DNA from: Fibrobacteria bacterium
GTDB lineage: Bacteria; Fibrobacterota; Chitinivibrionia; Chitinivibrionales; FEN-1185
Reading direction: 5' to 3'
Assembly (NCBI GenBank): GCA_037447435.1
Contig: JBBIGR010000040.1
Span: forward strand, 1 to 49,552
DNA: 49,552 nucleotides
The translations under genes were made by a program, and so were the position numbers. The notes under the pieces are model-generated. The model had not been told where the DNA came from. It did no database searches and saw nothing but the letters and a program-made list of their open reading frames with translations. Positions 18,695-27,999 of the stretch are shown piece after piece; position 1 is the stretch's first letter, and each line of letters starts with the position of its first letter.

Positions 18695-21600
18695 TTGAAG
18701 CCCTCTTTTTCGGAAAATATCGGCGATTTAATTACGTTGCCCACGCAATTGACGCAAAGCTTAAAGGCAAAAGCGGAACAGGAGAAAATTTCCTTATTAT
18801 CGCTTTTTTTAAGCGCTTTTTCCGTTTTGGCTTTTCGATACAGCGGCCAGGAATGCATAACGGCGCAATTGGCGATCCGATTAACGGCATCCGGCGTAAA
18901 GGAAAAAAGACAATCAAATCTTTCCGATAAAAATTGCTTAAAAATTACGATCCAATTGCAAGCCTCAACATCCGGCATTTCCCTGTTCCAGACGATTTCC
19001 AAGCATTTGCTCGCCAACGCGCTATCGGCAGATTCGCCTCTTGATATAACAGAATATTCCGATTTCGAATGCTCTTGGACGCCGGAAGATGCTGTCGACG
19101 GAGAAATGACTTTATCATGCATTTCAGAAAACGGCTTTTCGTTTCGCTTGACCAATCAGGGAAACTTGACCAATACGGTAATTAACAAAAATGAGCATTT
19201 TTGCAATATCCTCGGGCAATTGGCGCAAAACCCTGCTTCTACGATTCAGAAAATGAATTTGATGTCCGACTCGGAATCAACGGCACTTCGGCAATTCAAT
19301 ATAACGATGGTCGACGAATCGATGAGCGCTCCGGAATGCGTGCACCGGTTTTTCGAAAAAAGCGCCTCAATATATCCGAATTCCCCGGCGCTTCGTTTCA
19401 ACGGCGTCGAACACAGTTATTCTCAGCTCAATTGTCAAGCTAATTCCCTGGCCAACCGGATGGTCGCTCTCGGCATAGGCAAAGGTTCGAATGTGGCGCT
19501 ATTATTGCCGCGATCGGCCGACGTGTTTCTTGCATTGCTTGCGGTGCTTAAAACCGGCGCCGCGTATGTGCCCATAGACCCGCGTTCGCCGCAAGACCGC
19601 ATAGAATTCATTCTCGACGATGCGGGGATATCGCTTGTTATCACCGACCGGGACCTTCACAAGCAAAACCATTTGCAATGTTCCTGTTTGTTTATGGACC
19701 AGGCAACAAAATCGGGACTCGGCGAATTCGATTCCGGTAATCTTTCCCCCGATCAAACCGGCGTGACGCCAAGCGATCCGGCCTATATCATTTACACATC
19801 CGGTACCACGGGAAAGCCCAAAGGCGTCGTGGTCCCTCACCGCTCTGTTTGTAACCTGGTTCGGGCCGAAAGCGCATTGTTTAATGTTACTCAATCCGAT
19901 CGAGTGTTTCAGGGGTTTTCAGTTTCTTTCGACGCCTCGATCGAAGAAATTTGGCTCGCCTGGTACTGCGGTGCGAAGCTGGTGGCCGGGAATAAGTCCG
20001 ATGTTCTTTCCGGACCGGACCTCGTTCGATTTTTGCAAACGGAAAATATAACCGTCTTTTCAACGGTGCCAACGCAAATTTCCATGATGACTATGCCCGT
20101 TGATTCGGTGGGAATCCTTATTTTGGGCGGCGAGGAATGCCATTTGCGTTTTATCGAACCATGGTTCAGCAAATCGCGACGGATTTTCAATACGTATGGC
20201 CCAACCGAAGCGACCGTCATCGCAACAAGCGGCACCTGTTCTGCAAGCCAAAAACCGTCCATCGGCAAACCTGTCCCCAACTATGCCGTGTTTATCCTCG
20301 ATCAGGACATGCAGCCCGTACCTATCGGCGTAATCGGCGACTTGTATATCGGCGGTCACAGCCTGGCAAGTGGCTACCTGAAACGCCCCGAACTGACGCA
20401 GCAGAAGTTTATCGTGCCCCCGTTTAGCGTCGGAAACGGTTTCCCGGATCGTCTTTACAAATCAGGAGACAGGGCCCGTTTTTCGCCGGACGGGACCATC
20501 GAGTTTGCAGGCAGGGCCGACGACCAGATCAAATTGCGGGGCCAGCGCATCGAACTTGGTGAAATAGAATCGGCCCTGCTTAAGAACCCCCGTATCGCCC
20601 ATTGTGCGGTTTCGGTGCATACTAACAGCCAACAAATACAAACATTGGTGGCTTACATGGTCCCGCACGAAAATGTTTCCATAGACGAACGGGCAATAAA
20701 AGCCGACTTGAAGCGATTCCTCCCCGCCTATATGACGCCGGGAATCTTCTGCGTCCTGGATTCCATGCCGCGGCTTCCGAGCGGTAAAGTCGATCGTAAA
20801 AAACTTCCTGCACCGCAAGAATCATCGAACGGAAATTGCAGGGATGTCGTTTTTCCCCAATCGCAAACCGAAAAAACAATCGCCGCTGTCTGGGAAAAAT
20901 ATTTTGACCGCACGACTATTTCGATAACGGACGATTTTTTCGACCTCGGCGGTCATTCGCTCCTTGCGGCCATGATCGTATCGCAATTGCGGAATTCAGG
21001 GGGAATGGAACATCTTCCGCTTCAATCCTTGTATCAATATCGTACCATCGAATCGCTTGCCGCATATATCGACGGACAACAAAGAAAAAACAGCACCAAC
21101 TCGACCGCTTCGATTCATAAAAATACGACATCCGATAAATCAAGATCAACGTGGCGGCGGTTGACATGCGGGCTATTCCAGATTATCGCGCTGTATCCGG
21201 TGTACTGCCTGTTTTCCATGCCGCTGCTTTTACCGTTCATACTCGACTGGCTCATTCCGGACCTGGAACTGCCGGTTTGGGTCTTTGCCTCGTTTATCGG
21301 GTTTTCCCTTTTGTATCCGGCTCTGCTTATCGTGTCTATTATCGTGAAATGGACGGTCATCGGCCGTTTCAAAGCCGGAACGTATCCGTTGTGGGGTTGG
21401 TATTATTTCAGGTTCTGGTTTGTCAGCAGGATATTGGACATGGTTCCGACCCGTATTTTGCGTGGAACTCCGTTTTTTTCTTTATATTGCTGGCTGCTTG
21501 GAGCAAAAATCGGCAAAAACGTGTATATCGGCAGCGATCGGTTCCGGGCGTACGACATGGTCACGATCGGGGACAATTCCTCCATCAACGCCGATGTCCA

Positions 21601-23266
21601 CTGTATGGCATATAGCGTCTCGAACGGGTTGCTGCATATTGCGCCGATAGCAATCGGCGCAGAGTGCATCATCGGGACGCGGTCCGTTCTTTGCGAAGGC
21701 TCTCACATAGAAAACGGCGCCGAAATCGCGGAACAGTCCATGATTCCGTCACACTCCGTAGTACCGGCGAATTCTTATTGGGAAGGCTCGCCTGCAGCCC
21801 AGATAAATAAAGCTAAACGGCATTCCGAAAAACAAGCCGAAGCGCCGATTCATTATACGCTTGGACATCGCCTGACCTTTTTCGCCGCATTTTTATTTGT
21901 CATGATACTTCCCGGGGCGGTCCTGTTGCCATGGATTATCTTGGCATTCGAGATTTACGTCAACTTCGGCGTTTATTATACTCTTATGGCGACAATACCC
22001 CTGGCGGCATTGTCGGTACTGCTTTTTTGCCTTTCGGTTATCGCTGTCAACGCCGTTTTTTCCCGGAAAAAAAGTCAAACGGCCTTTCGCCTCGACACTT
22101 ACGGATACATTGCCAAATGGATATCCGACACTATGGTGCAAATGACCCTTATCGCCGTTCAACCCGTCTATGCGACATTGTATCTGCCGCCGCTGCTTCG
22201 AATGCTCGGGGCAAAAATCGGCAAACGCGCCGAAGTATCGACCATCGACCATGTCACTGCCGATAAACTTGTCATGGGAGAAGGCGGGTTCATCGCCGAT
22301 TCGGTGAGCTTAGGACCGCCCCGGGTCGCACACGGGGTTCTATTCGTCGACACTATTACAATCGGCAGTAAAACCTTTATCGGAAACAGCGCACTGCTGC
22401 CCATCGGGACGAACATCGGCGATAATTGTCTTATCGGTGTGCTTTCGAAACCGCCTCTCACTGACGACAAGCCGGTACCCAATGGCACCAGCTGGCTCGG
22501 TACACCGCCGATGCTATTGCCTAAACGACAAGCAAGCGAGGTTTTCGAAACCCGGAAAACCTATGAGCCGACGAAACCGATGGTCTTGTTACGGGTGCTC
22601 GTCGAGTTTTTCAAAATCGTCATGCCTCCCGCATTGGTGAGCGCCTGTTTCGTCGCTTCGTATTGGTATATGTCCGAAATTCTGGCGCCGGTCACCCCGT
22701 TGTGGCTTTATATTATTCTTTGTCCGATTGTTATTTTCAGCGCATCCGTCGGGGTGTCCTTGATTACCATCGGGCTCAAATGGCTCATCATGGGCCGGTA
22801 CAAACCCAGGCAAACGCCTTTGTGGAGCGCGTTTGTGTGGGGTAATGAATTTGTCAATGCTTTGTGCGAAAACGTCGTCTATCCCCTTTTGATGCTTCCC
22901 CTTACCGGTACGCCGTGGTTGCCCGCCGTTTTCAGGCTTTTAGGCGCATCTATCGGCAAAAATGTTTTCATGGAAACTACGGAAATTACGGAATTCGATC
23001 TGGTGCATATCGGCGACCATGCGGCACTTAACTACGGCGCAACCGTGCAGACTCATCTTTTCGAAGACCGGGTTATGAAAATGTCAAATTTGCTCATAGG
23101 TAAAAACGCTGCGATCGGCCCCATGGCTGTCGTGCTTTACGATTCCGAAATGAAAGAAGGATCCCGCCTCGACGGTTTGTCGCTTTTAATGAAAGGTGAG
23201 ATTCTTCCCTGTCATTCGGCCTGGCACGGAGTACCGGCAAAAGCGGCGTTTCATGAAAATGCGTGA
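18695..23266 (+). CDS. Pls/PosA-family NRPS-like poly-amino-acid synthetase (A-T plus three TM/hexapeptide units)
   Basis: A domain: YIIYTSGTTGKPKG, FDAS, NTYGPTE, YKSGD, GRADDQIKLRGQRIELGEIE, SGKVDR. T domain: DDFFDLGGHS. Three LGAKIG units with TM pairs, and QTHLFEDRVMK. TTG start with AGGAG. Confidence 0.92.
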   Translation: MKPSFSENIGDLITLPTQLTQSLKAKAEQEKISLLSLFLSAFSVLAFRYSGQECITAQLAIRLTASGVKEKRQSNLSDKNCLKITIQLQASTSGISLFQTISKHLLANALSADSPLDITEYSDFECSWTPEDAVDGEMTLSCISENGFSFRLTNQGNLTNTVINKNEHFCNILGQLAQNPASTIQKMNLMSDSESTALRQFNITMVDESMSAPECVHRFFEKSASIYPNSPALRFNGVEHSYSQLNCQANSLANRMVALGIGKGSNVALLLPRSADVFLALLAVLKTGAAYVPIDPRSPQDRIEFILDDAGISLVITDRDLHKQNHLQCSCLFMDQATKSGLGEFDSGNLSPDQTGVTPSDPAYIIYTSGTTGKPKGVVVPHRSVCNLVRAESALFNVTQSDRVFQGFSVSFDASIEEIWLAWYCGAKLVAGNKSDVLSGPDLVRFLQTENITVFSTVPTQISMMTMPVDSVGILILGGEECHLRFIEPWFSKSRRIFNTYGPTEATVIATSGTCSASQKPSIGKPVPNYAVFILDQDMQPVPIGVIGDLYIGGHSLASGYLKRPELTQQKFIVPPFSVGNGFPDRLYKSGDRARFSPDGTIEFAGRADDQIKLRGQRIELGEIESALLKNPRIAHCAVSVHTNSQQIQTLVAYMVPHENVSIDERAIKADLKRFLPAYMTPGIFCVLDSMPRLPSGKVDRKKLPAPQESSNGNCRDVVFPQSQTEKTIAAVWEKYFDRTTISITDDFFDLGGHSLLAAMIVSQLRNSGGMEHLPLQSLYQYRTIESLAAYIDGQQRKNSTNSTASIHKNTTSDKSRSTWRRLTCGLFQIIALYPVYCLFSMPLLLPFILDWLIPDLELPVWVFASFIGFSLLYPALLIVSIIVKWTVIGRFKAGTYPLWGWYYFRFWFVSRILDMVPTRILRGTPFFSLYCWLLGAKIGKNVYIGSDRFRAYDMVTIGDNSSINADVHCMAYSVSNGLLHIAPIAIGAECIIGTRSVLCEGSHIENGAEIAEQSMIPSHSVVPANSYWEGSPAAQINKAKRHSEKQAEAPIHYTLGHRLTFFAAFLFVMILPGAVLLPWIILAFEIYVNFGVYYTLMATIPLAALSVLLFCLSVIAVNAVFSRKKSQTAFRLDTYGYIAKWISDTMVQMTLIAVQPVYATLYLPPLLRMLGAKIGKRAEVSTIDHVTADKLVMGEGGFIADSVSLGPPRVAHGVLFVDTITIGSKTFIGNSALLPIGTNIGDNCLIGVLSKPPLTDDKPVPNGTSWLGTPPMLLPKRQASEVFETRKTYEPTKPMVLLRVLVEFFKIVMPPALVSACFVASYWYMSEILAPVTPLWLYIILCPIVIFSASVGVSLITIGLKWLIMGRYKPRQTPLWSAFVWGNEFVNALCENVVYPLLMLPLTGTPWLPAVFRLLGASIGKNVFMETTEITEFDLVHIGDHAALNYGATVQTHLFEDRVMKMSNLLIGKNAAIGPMAVVLYDSEMKEGSRLDGLSLLMKGEILPCHSAWHGVPAKAAFHENA

Positions 23267-23291
23267 ATGTGAAATACGGGGGGTAAACTGA

Positions 23292-24059
23292 ATGGGAACC
23301 GATGTACGGTATTCTTTTTCGTGTCTGCTGTTTTTGCTTGTAGTTTTTTCTTATGCGGCAAATACGGTCGAAACGTTCGATGAAAAACACGGCTATTTCG
23401 AAATCAACATGAGCTATCGCGGAATCGGAAGAGCCCAAGAGGAACAGGAACTCATAAGCCAGGCCATTTGGGGCAAAGGATTCACCGACCGATTGTCAGG
23501 GTACATGGGGATGGATGCGAGTTCCGACGGCTATTTGAGTCTCGGCGGTTTCGACGTCATGATGGGTATCATCGCCACACCCATTCGTCAAGATTATTTC
23601 AATCTGGACCTTTTCGCCGAAATGGGCGCAGGGGATTCCACCTATGCCGGAGTGTACGTGGATCCCGGCTTCGAACTCAATTTCGATTTGGCCCCTAACC
23701 AGGAAAAAGGAGGATTGTATTTCGATGTCGACGAATTGCTGACCGGCGCCGACACGGCCAGCGAAGACACGACGGGCGGACTTCCGCTTCATCAACGCAT
23801 CTTTACCCCCAGTACGAACCTGCGCTGTGCCGCTTACTATACCGTTGTAAAAGGACAGCAATTGCACCTGCAGCTCGACCAGGAATTCCACCATCACCCG
23901 TTCGGCGGACAAAAGGCATACCAATTCAAGGCAATCCGCATCGGATACAACATCATGCTCACCGATGTTTTGCAATTGACAACGGAAATAGCTCTGTACG
24001 GCCCGTTCGACGATTCCGACCGCGGTATAGGTTTTCAAATAGGACTCGGCAGATGGTAA
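23292..24059 (+). CDS. Exported protein, probable outer-membrane beta-barrel
   Basis: Signal peptide, alternating hydrophobic beta-strands, ends in GFQIGLGRW; 25 bp after the synthetase stop. Confidence 0.6.
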   Translation: MGTDVRYSFSCLLFLLVVFSYAANTVETFDEKHGYFEINMSYRGIGRAQEEQELISQAIWGKGFTDRLSGYMGMDASSDGYLSLGGFDVMMGIIATPIRQDYFNLDLFAEMGAGDSTYAGVYVDPGFELNFDLAPNQEKGGLYFDVDELLTGADTASEDTTGGLPLHQRIFTPSTNLRCAAYYTVVKGQQLHLQLDQEFHHHPFGGQKAYQFKAIRIGYNIMLTDVLQLTTEIALYGPFDDSDRGIGFQIGLGRW

Positions 24060-24119
24060 CCATTGAATTGTAATAAACAAATCCGCGCATCATTTTTAAA
24101 GCCGGGTGAAAGGCAGACT

Positions 24120-25562
24120 ATGAAACAAGCGCTTCGTGCAACAACAATAACATTCCTTGGTTTTTCGGCAATCATCCTTTCGGTATTTACCTCAAATGCG
24201 TTTTGTCAATCACATGCCGACGGCGATGTCAAACCGGCGGAAAAACCGGTCCGACATACCGAAATCGTAACGGAAGAAAAATGGACCCCAAATGTCTGGA
24301 AAAAAAGCGAGCGTACCACCGACGTCTACAATGACAAGGGGGATTTGACCGAAGAATCGGTGGATAAATGGGATGGAAAAGCGTGGTTGAAAAACGAACG
24401 AACAGTGTATCAATACGACGGATTTTACCAGCAAACCGCAAAAATCACCTACCAATGGAACGCGGCAACGGGAAATTGGGACCTGCAGCAGGCCGATCGG
24501 GACAAAATCGATAGCGTCGACAATTCGGGAAACCGCGTTCTGCTGAAAGACGCGGTATGGAACGCGGCGAAAAAATGCTGGATCGCCGAAGACAGCCTGA
24601 CTTTCGACAATGCGGGAAGGGTTAAACGGTCCGTCGATGTTCGGCGGGATTATTCCGAAACCGGTGACACGACTAAAAGCATCGAAACCACGGTAAACGA
24701 CTACCAAAGCGACGGTTCCTGGATCGAAACCGATGTCATAAGCCTGCCAAACGGAAAAGTTATTTCGTCCGACAAGTCACGGTACCGGAAAGTCAACGAA
24801 ACCGCGTCTTTGCTCTCATATCAAGTCGACGCGTGGGATGGGTCGATGGCCGAATGGATAACAAATGCGGCGCAATTTTATCATAAAGGAAGCGAAGGAA
24901 AAAACCAGCTCGACAGCTTGAACGAGGTCATAGACTCCCGTCCGCAGACGGTTTACATATTCGAAGAACAATACGACGATTGGGGAAACCGGGTTCTCGA
25001 GCGGTATGTGCGGAAGTCCTACGACGAGAAAACGAGAAAGTGGTCGGGGAATTATACGGTCGAACATCGCGCATTCGACGCAAAAGCCGGCCTGTTCTGG
25101 TCTGCAGATTCGGTAATGGTCTTTAACCAGGCTTCGGGCAAATGGAAACTTCTCTCCTATGAAAACAATTTGAATAAAATGCCGAGCGATCAGGGGTGCC
25201 GGGAAAGTGGCAGCTTCAATAAAAAAACGCATGAATGGGATCAGTTCCGGACTTGCGACAGTACGGTTTCATCCGGCCAGGTCCTCACGTTCGAACGGTA
25301 TTGGGACACAAAGGAATTGCAATGGATGCCCGACAACAGGTTTACAATATCAAAAAATGCGGATACCGTAACCATTGTCGAAGAGAGCAACGACGACGAA
25401 ACCGACACATGGTTGAACGATTCGCGCATCGTCTCCCATGTCGGAAAAGACGGCATGGTCGATCAGGAAACCTACTGGAATTGGGTGAATGGCGCTCCGC
25501 GCGGCAGCTGGCAAAAGGATGTCCGTGATTCATACGTTCGTGTATATCCGGCAAAAAAATAG
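24120..25562 (+). CDS. Exported Trp/Tyr-rich beta-repeat protein (DUF3836-like)
   Basis: ATG 24120 with GAAAGG; signal peptide; recurring W....W...ER..Y.YD..G units. Confidence 0.65.
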   Translation: MKQALRATTITFLGFSAIILSVFTSNAFCQSHADGDVKPAEKPVRHTEIVTEEKWTPNVWKKSERTTDVYNDKGDLTEESVDKWDGKAWLKNERTVYQYDGFYQQTAKITYQWNAATGNWDLQQADRDKIDSVDNSGNRVLLKDAVWNAAKKCWIAEDSLTFDNAGRVKRSVDVRRDYSETGDTTKSIETTVNDYQSDGSWIETDVISLPNGKVISSDKSRYRKVNETASLLSYQVDAWDGSMAEWITNAAQFYHKGSEGKNQLDSLNEVIDSRPQTVYIFEEQYDDWGNRVLERYVRKSYDEKTRKWSGNYTVEHRAFDAKAGLFWSADSVMVFNQASGKWKLLSYENNLNKMPSDQGCRESGSFNKKTHEWDQFRTCDSTVSSGQVLTFERYWDTKELQWMPDNRFTISKNADTVTIVEESNDDETDTWLNDSRIVSHVGKDGMVDQETYWNWVNGAPRGSWQKDVRDSYVRVYPAKK

Positions 25563-25607
25563 CGACGAGCCTGTCCGAATTGAAATAATCGTTCAACCGT
25601 AACCGGA

Positions 25608-25644
25608 TATACCATTTGGTGTATCCGTTATCCCAAATGGGGTA
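25608..25644. promoter_or_regulatory. Tandem palindromic upstream activator sites (enhancer-binding protein UAS)
   Basis: TATACCA-TT-TGGTGTA (25608-25623) and TATCCCA-AA-TGGGGTA (25629-25644); centres 21 bp apart, upstream of a sigma54 promoter. Confidence 0.7.
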
Positions 25645-25692
25645 CTTGATAAATACTATTGATTATACGGTAAATAAAAACGGCATTTGCAA

Positions 25693-25708
25693 TGGCACAT
25701 GATTTGCT
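25693..25708 (+). promoter_or_regulatory. Sigma54 (-24/-12) promoter
   Basis: TGGCAC-ATGAT-TTGCT matches TGGCAC-N5-TTGCW exactly. Confidence 0.82.
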
Positions 25709-25806
25709 TTTATAAACAAGCAGCGGTCTGAAACGTTTTTAAATTTTATCGTCAGTATCCGGACTCGGCGGATGTTTAAAACAATTTCAATTAGAGGAGA
25801 GTTTTT

Positions 25807-26091
25807 ATGAAAAGACTCGTGTTTGCAGCTATTATCGTCTCATTTGCTTTTTTTCCCGTGTCTACCGTGTCGGCATCTCCGGCCCAAAGAGTTGCCGCAG
25901 CAGCGGAGTTAGGCGAACATCCCCGCATCGCAACTGCAATTACCGACCTTGAAGATGCAATTGCCTATATGGAAAATGCGCCACATGATTTTGGCGGGCA
26001 TAAAGCTGCGGCAATAGCGGCATGTCACAAAGCCATTAATCAACTTAAAAAAGCAATGGCGTATCGCGCACGAAAAGATATGAAAGAATAA
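25807..26091 (+). CDS. Small secreted helical His-containing protein
   Basis: GAGGAG ribosome-binding site, signal peptide (..TVSA), EHPRI...APHDFGGHK motif. Confidence 0.8.
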   Translation: MKRLVFAAIIVSFAFFPVSTVSASPAQRVAAAAELGEHPRIATAITDLEDAIAYMENAPHDFGGHKAAAIAACHKAINQLKKAMAYRARKDMKE

Positions 26092-26165
26092 ATGGTTCCT
26101 ATTTCTTAAAAGTAAGAATGGGATTAAAAATTAAATAGTGCATTCCACTATAACGAGGAGGATTT

Positions 26166-26873
26166 ATGCGTACCCGTTTGATTGGCACGGTCATCGCCTT
26201 TTTCATCTGCGGCGTCATGGCCCAGGAAAATTCCAAAATCGGCATCAATGTCGTTACCAATGCCTTTTCATTGAACAATTCTAATTACGGGGAAAAAGGA
26301 TTACGGAATGTCGGCATGCTCGGAGCACGATATTTCGTTTCACCGCGGATAGGTATCGACGGATCGATTGGGTTCGGATTCAATTCGTCCGTCGATGCCG
26401 ATACCGCGTCGCTCACGACAAAAGACCCCGGAATCACCAATGTAAGCGGACAAATAGGAATATTCTACAAAATGACGCCGCTTTCGTGGAAATCGTATCT
26501 GGGCGTAGTCGCCAACGGCGGTGTTTCCTATCAAAAATGGTACGACGCGCTTTCGCTCAAAGACACGACCCGGGTCCTTCCCGCGCCGCCGGCCAAAAAT
26601 TATGCGACGTATTCCCTGGTCGAGTCCTATGGCGTTTACATTCCGTACTTTTTCGTCGGTCTTGAACCGGGGTTCGCATTCGACGATCATTTTACCTTGT
26701 TTGTAAACTTCGGCATCAACGGCATCTTTTATCCGAATTCCAAAGCAATAGACCAGCATTCGATAAGCCCCAACAATTCCTACGTCACGTCACTTCCGCT
26801 TATCGACCGTAACGACGGCAGCTTCGAATTGTCCGTATCGTCAATCGGTTTGGGCGTTCGATTCCTATTTTAA
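26166..26873 (+). CDS. Outer membrane beta-barrel protein (small, OmpA/OmpW-like size)
   Basis: GAGGAG ribosome-binding site, signal peptide, amphipathic strands, C-terminal GLGVRFLF. Confidence 0.78.
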   Translation: MRTRLIGTVIAFFICGVMAQENSKIGINVVTNAFSLNNSNYGEKGLRNVGMLGARYFVSPRIGIDGSIGFGFNSSVDADTASLTTKDPGITNVSGQIGIFYKMTPLSWKSYLGVVANGGVSYQKWYDALSLKDTTRVLPAPPAKNYATYSLVESYGVYIPYFFVGLEPGFAFDDHFTLFVNFGINGIFYPNSKAIDQHSISPNNSYVTSLPLIDRNDGSFELSVSSIGLGVRFLF

Positions 26874-26880
26874 CTATTGC

Positions 26881-26917
26881 AAATGTGCCGTTTATCCCGT
26901 GGAGGGACGGCACATTT
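26881..26917. terminator. Bidirectional terminator hairpin
   Basis: Perfect 11-bp inverted repeat AAATGTGCCGT/ACGGCACATTT between convergent stop codons. Confidence 0.75.
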
Positions 26918-26919
26918 AT

Positions 26920-27996
26920 TTATCCAATAATTTGTTTCAGAAGTGCGAAGCGGTCTATTTTGAACGATTGGTTTCGCGGAATCGTATCGACAAAAACAAT
27001 TTCCTTCGGCAGCCAAGACGACGGCACTTCTTTCCGTATCATTTCGTTGATTTCTTCCAAAGGTATTTGATTGATGCCGCTTTCCAAAACAAGAACGATT
27101 TTTTGTCCGAACTTTTGATCGGGTTTTGCCGATACCGCGCAAACATATCCTGTTTTTGCGGTTACGATCGCTTCAATCTCTTCCGGAACTACTTTTACTC
27201 CGCCCGAATTGATGAGGTTGTCGAATCGTCCTTTCCATATGAAATTGTTTTCATCGATAAGGTCGACAATATCATTGGTAGCCACGATCTTGTCCAAATA
27301 TGCGGATTCGATCACCAGGCAGTCGCGTTCATCTGTACTAAAGCGAATCCCCTGCATGGCGGTATACCGCGACTGGCGGTTGGGCCCGTTCATTCTTCGC
27401 ATTGCCACATGAGAGCAGGTTTCGGCCATTCCGTACGTGGCGAAAACGTCGACGGGAACCGATTGCAAATCGTTTTCAAGGTCCCGATGAATTTCCGCGC
27501 CGCCGATAATGAGCTTTTTGATTTTGAAAGGGCCGTTTCCTTTTTGCATCAAGCCATGGACCTGCATCGGCACCAAGGCGCAAAAATCAACGCTGTCCAT
27601 GCGCGAAAGGTCGGGCAATCCCGACGGTTCCACCAGCAATAGATCAAGTCCTCTCACCAGCGCGCGAACGACCATCATCTTTCCTGCAATGTAGTCGACC
27701 GGAAGGCATAATAATGCGGTATCCCCGCTTTTAAGGCCTAAAAACTCGACAGTGTTTTGGGCCGATTGCACCATTGCTTTTTTGAGAAGCGACAACTCCT
27801 TCGGACGCCCCGTCGTGCCCGACGACAGTTGTCCGACACTGTCGCGTTCGTCGGACCAATCCGCAATAAAGCGCCACACTTTTTTTTCCCAATCCGCAAC
27901 ATCGTCGTCCGCTAGTTTGTCCCTTCCTAATTGCAACAACGCTGAGCGATCGTACCGAACGCCGTTTATCGTCGCATGCGGGATTCTATTTTCCAC
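26920..27996 (-). CDS. menE: O-succinylbenzoate-CoA ligase (short Bacteroidota-like type)
   Basis: SSGTTGRPK, YIAGKMMVVRA, TYGMAETCSH, GRFDNLINSGGVKV; lies in the men cluster. Confidence 0.85.
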   Translation of the reverse strand: MENRIPHATINGVRYDRSALLQLGRDKLADDDVADWEKKVWRFIADWSDERDSVGQLSSGTTGRPKELSLLKKAMVQSAQNTVEFLGLKSGDTALLCLPVDYIAGKMMVVRALVRGLDLLLVEPSGLPDLSRMDSVDFCALVPMQVHGLMQKGNGPFKIKKLIIGGAEIHRDLENDLQSVPVDVFATYGMAETCSHVAMRRMNGPNRQSRYTAMQGIRFSTDERDCLVIESAYLDKIVATNDIVDLIDENNFIWKGRFDNLINSGGVKVVPEEIEAIVTAKTGYVCAVSAKPDQKFGQKIVLVLESGINQIPLEEINEMIRKEVPSSWLPKEIVFVDTIPRNQSFKIDRFALLKQIIG

Positions 27997-27999
27997 GGC

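Noticed and set aside
18664..19155. 163-aa minus-strand ORF
   Set aside because: Antisense to the synthetase N-terminus, which carries C-domain-like sequence and has a good ribosome-binding site
23496..24080. 194-aa minus-strand ORF
   Set aside because: Antisense to the signal-peptide-bearing 255-aa gene
26920..27996. AMP-binding enzyme considered as a partner of the nearby NRPS-like gene
   Set aside because: Motifs and operon position identify it as MenE
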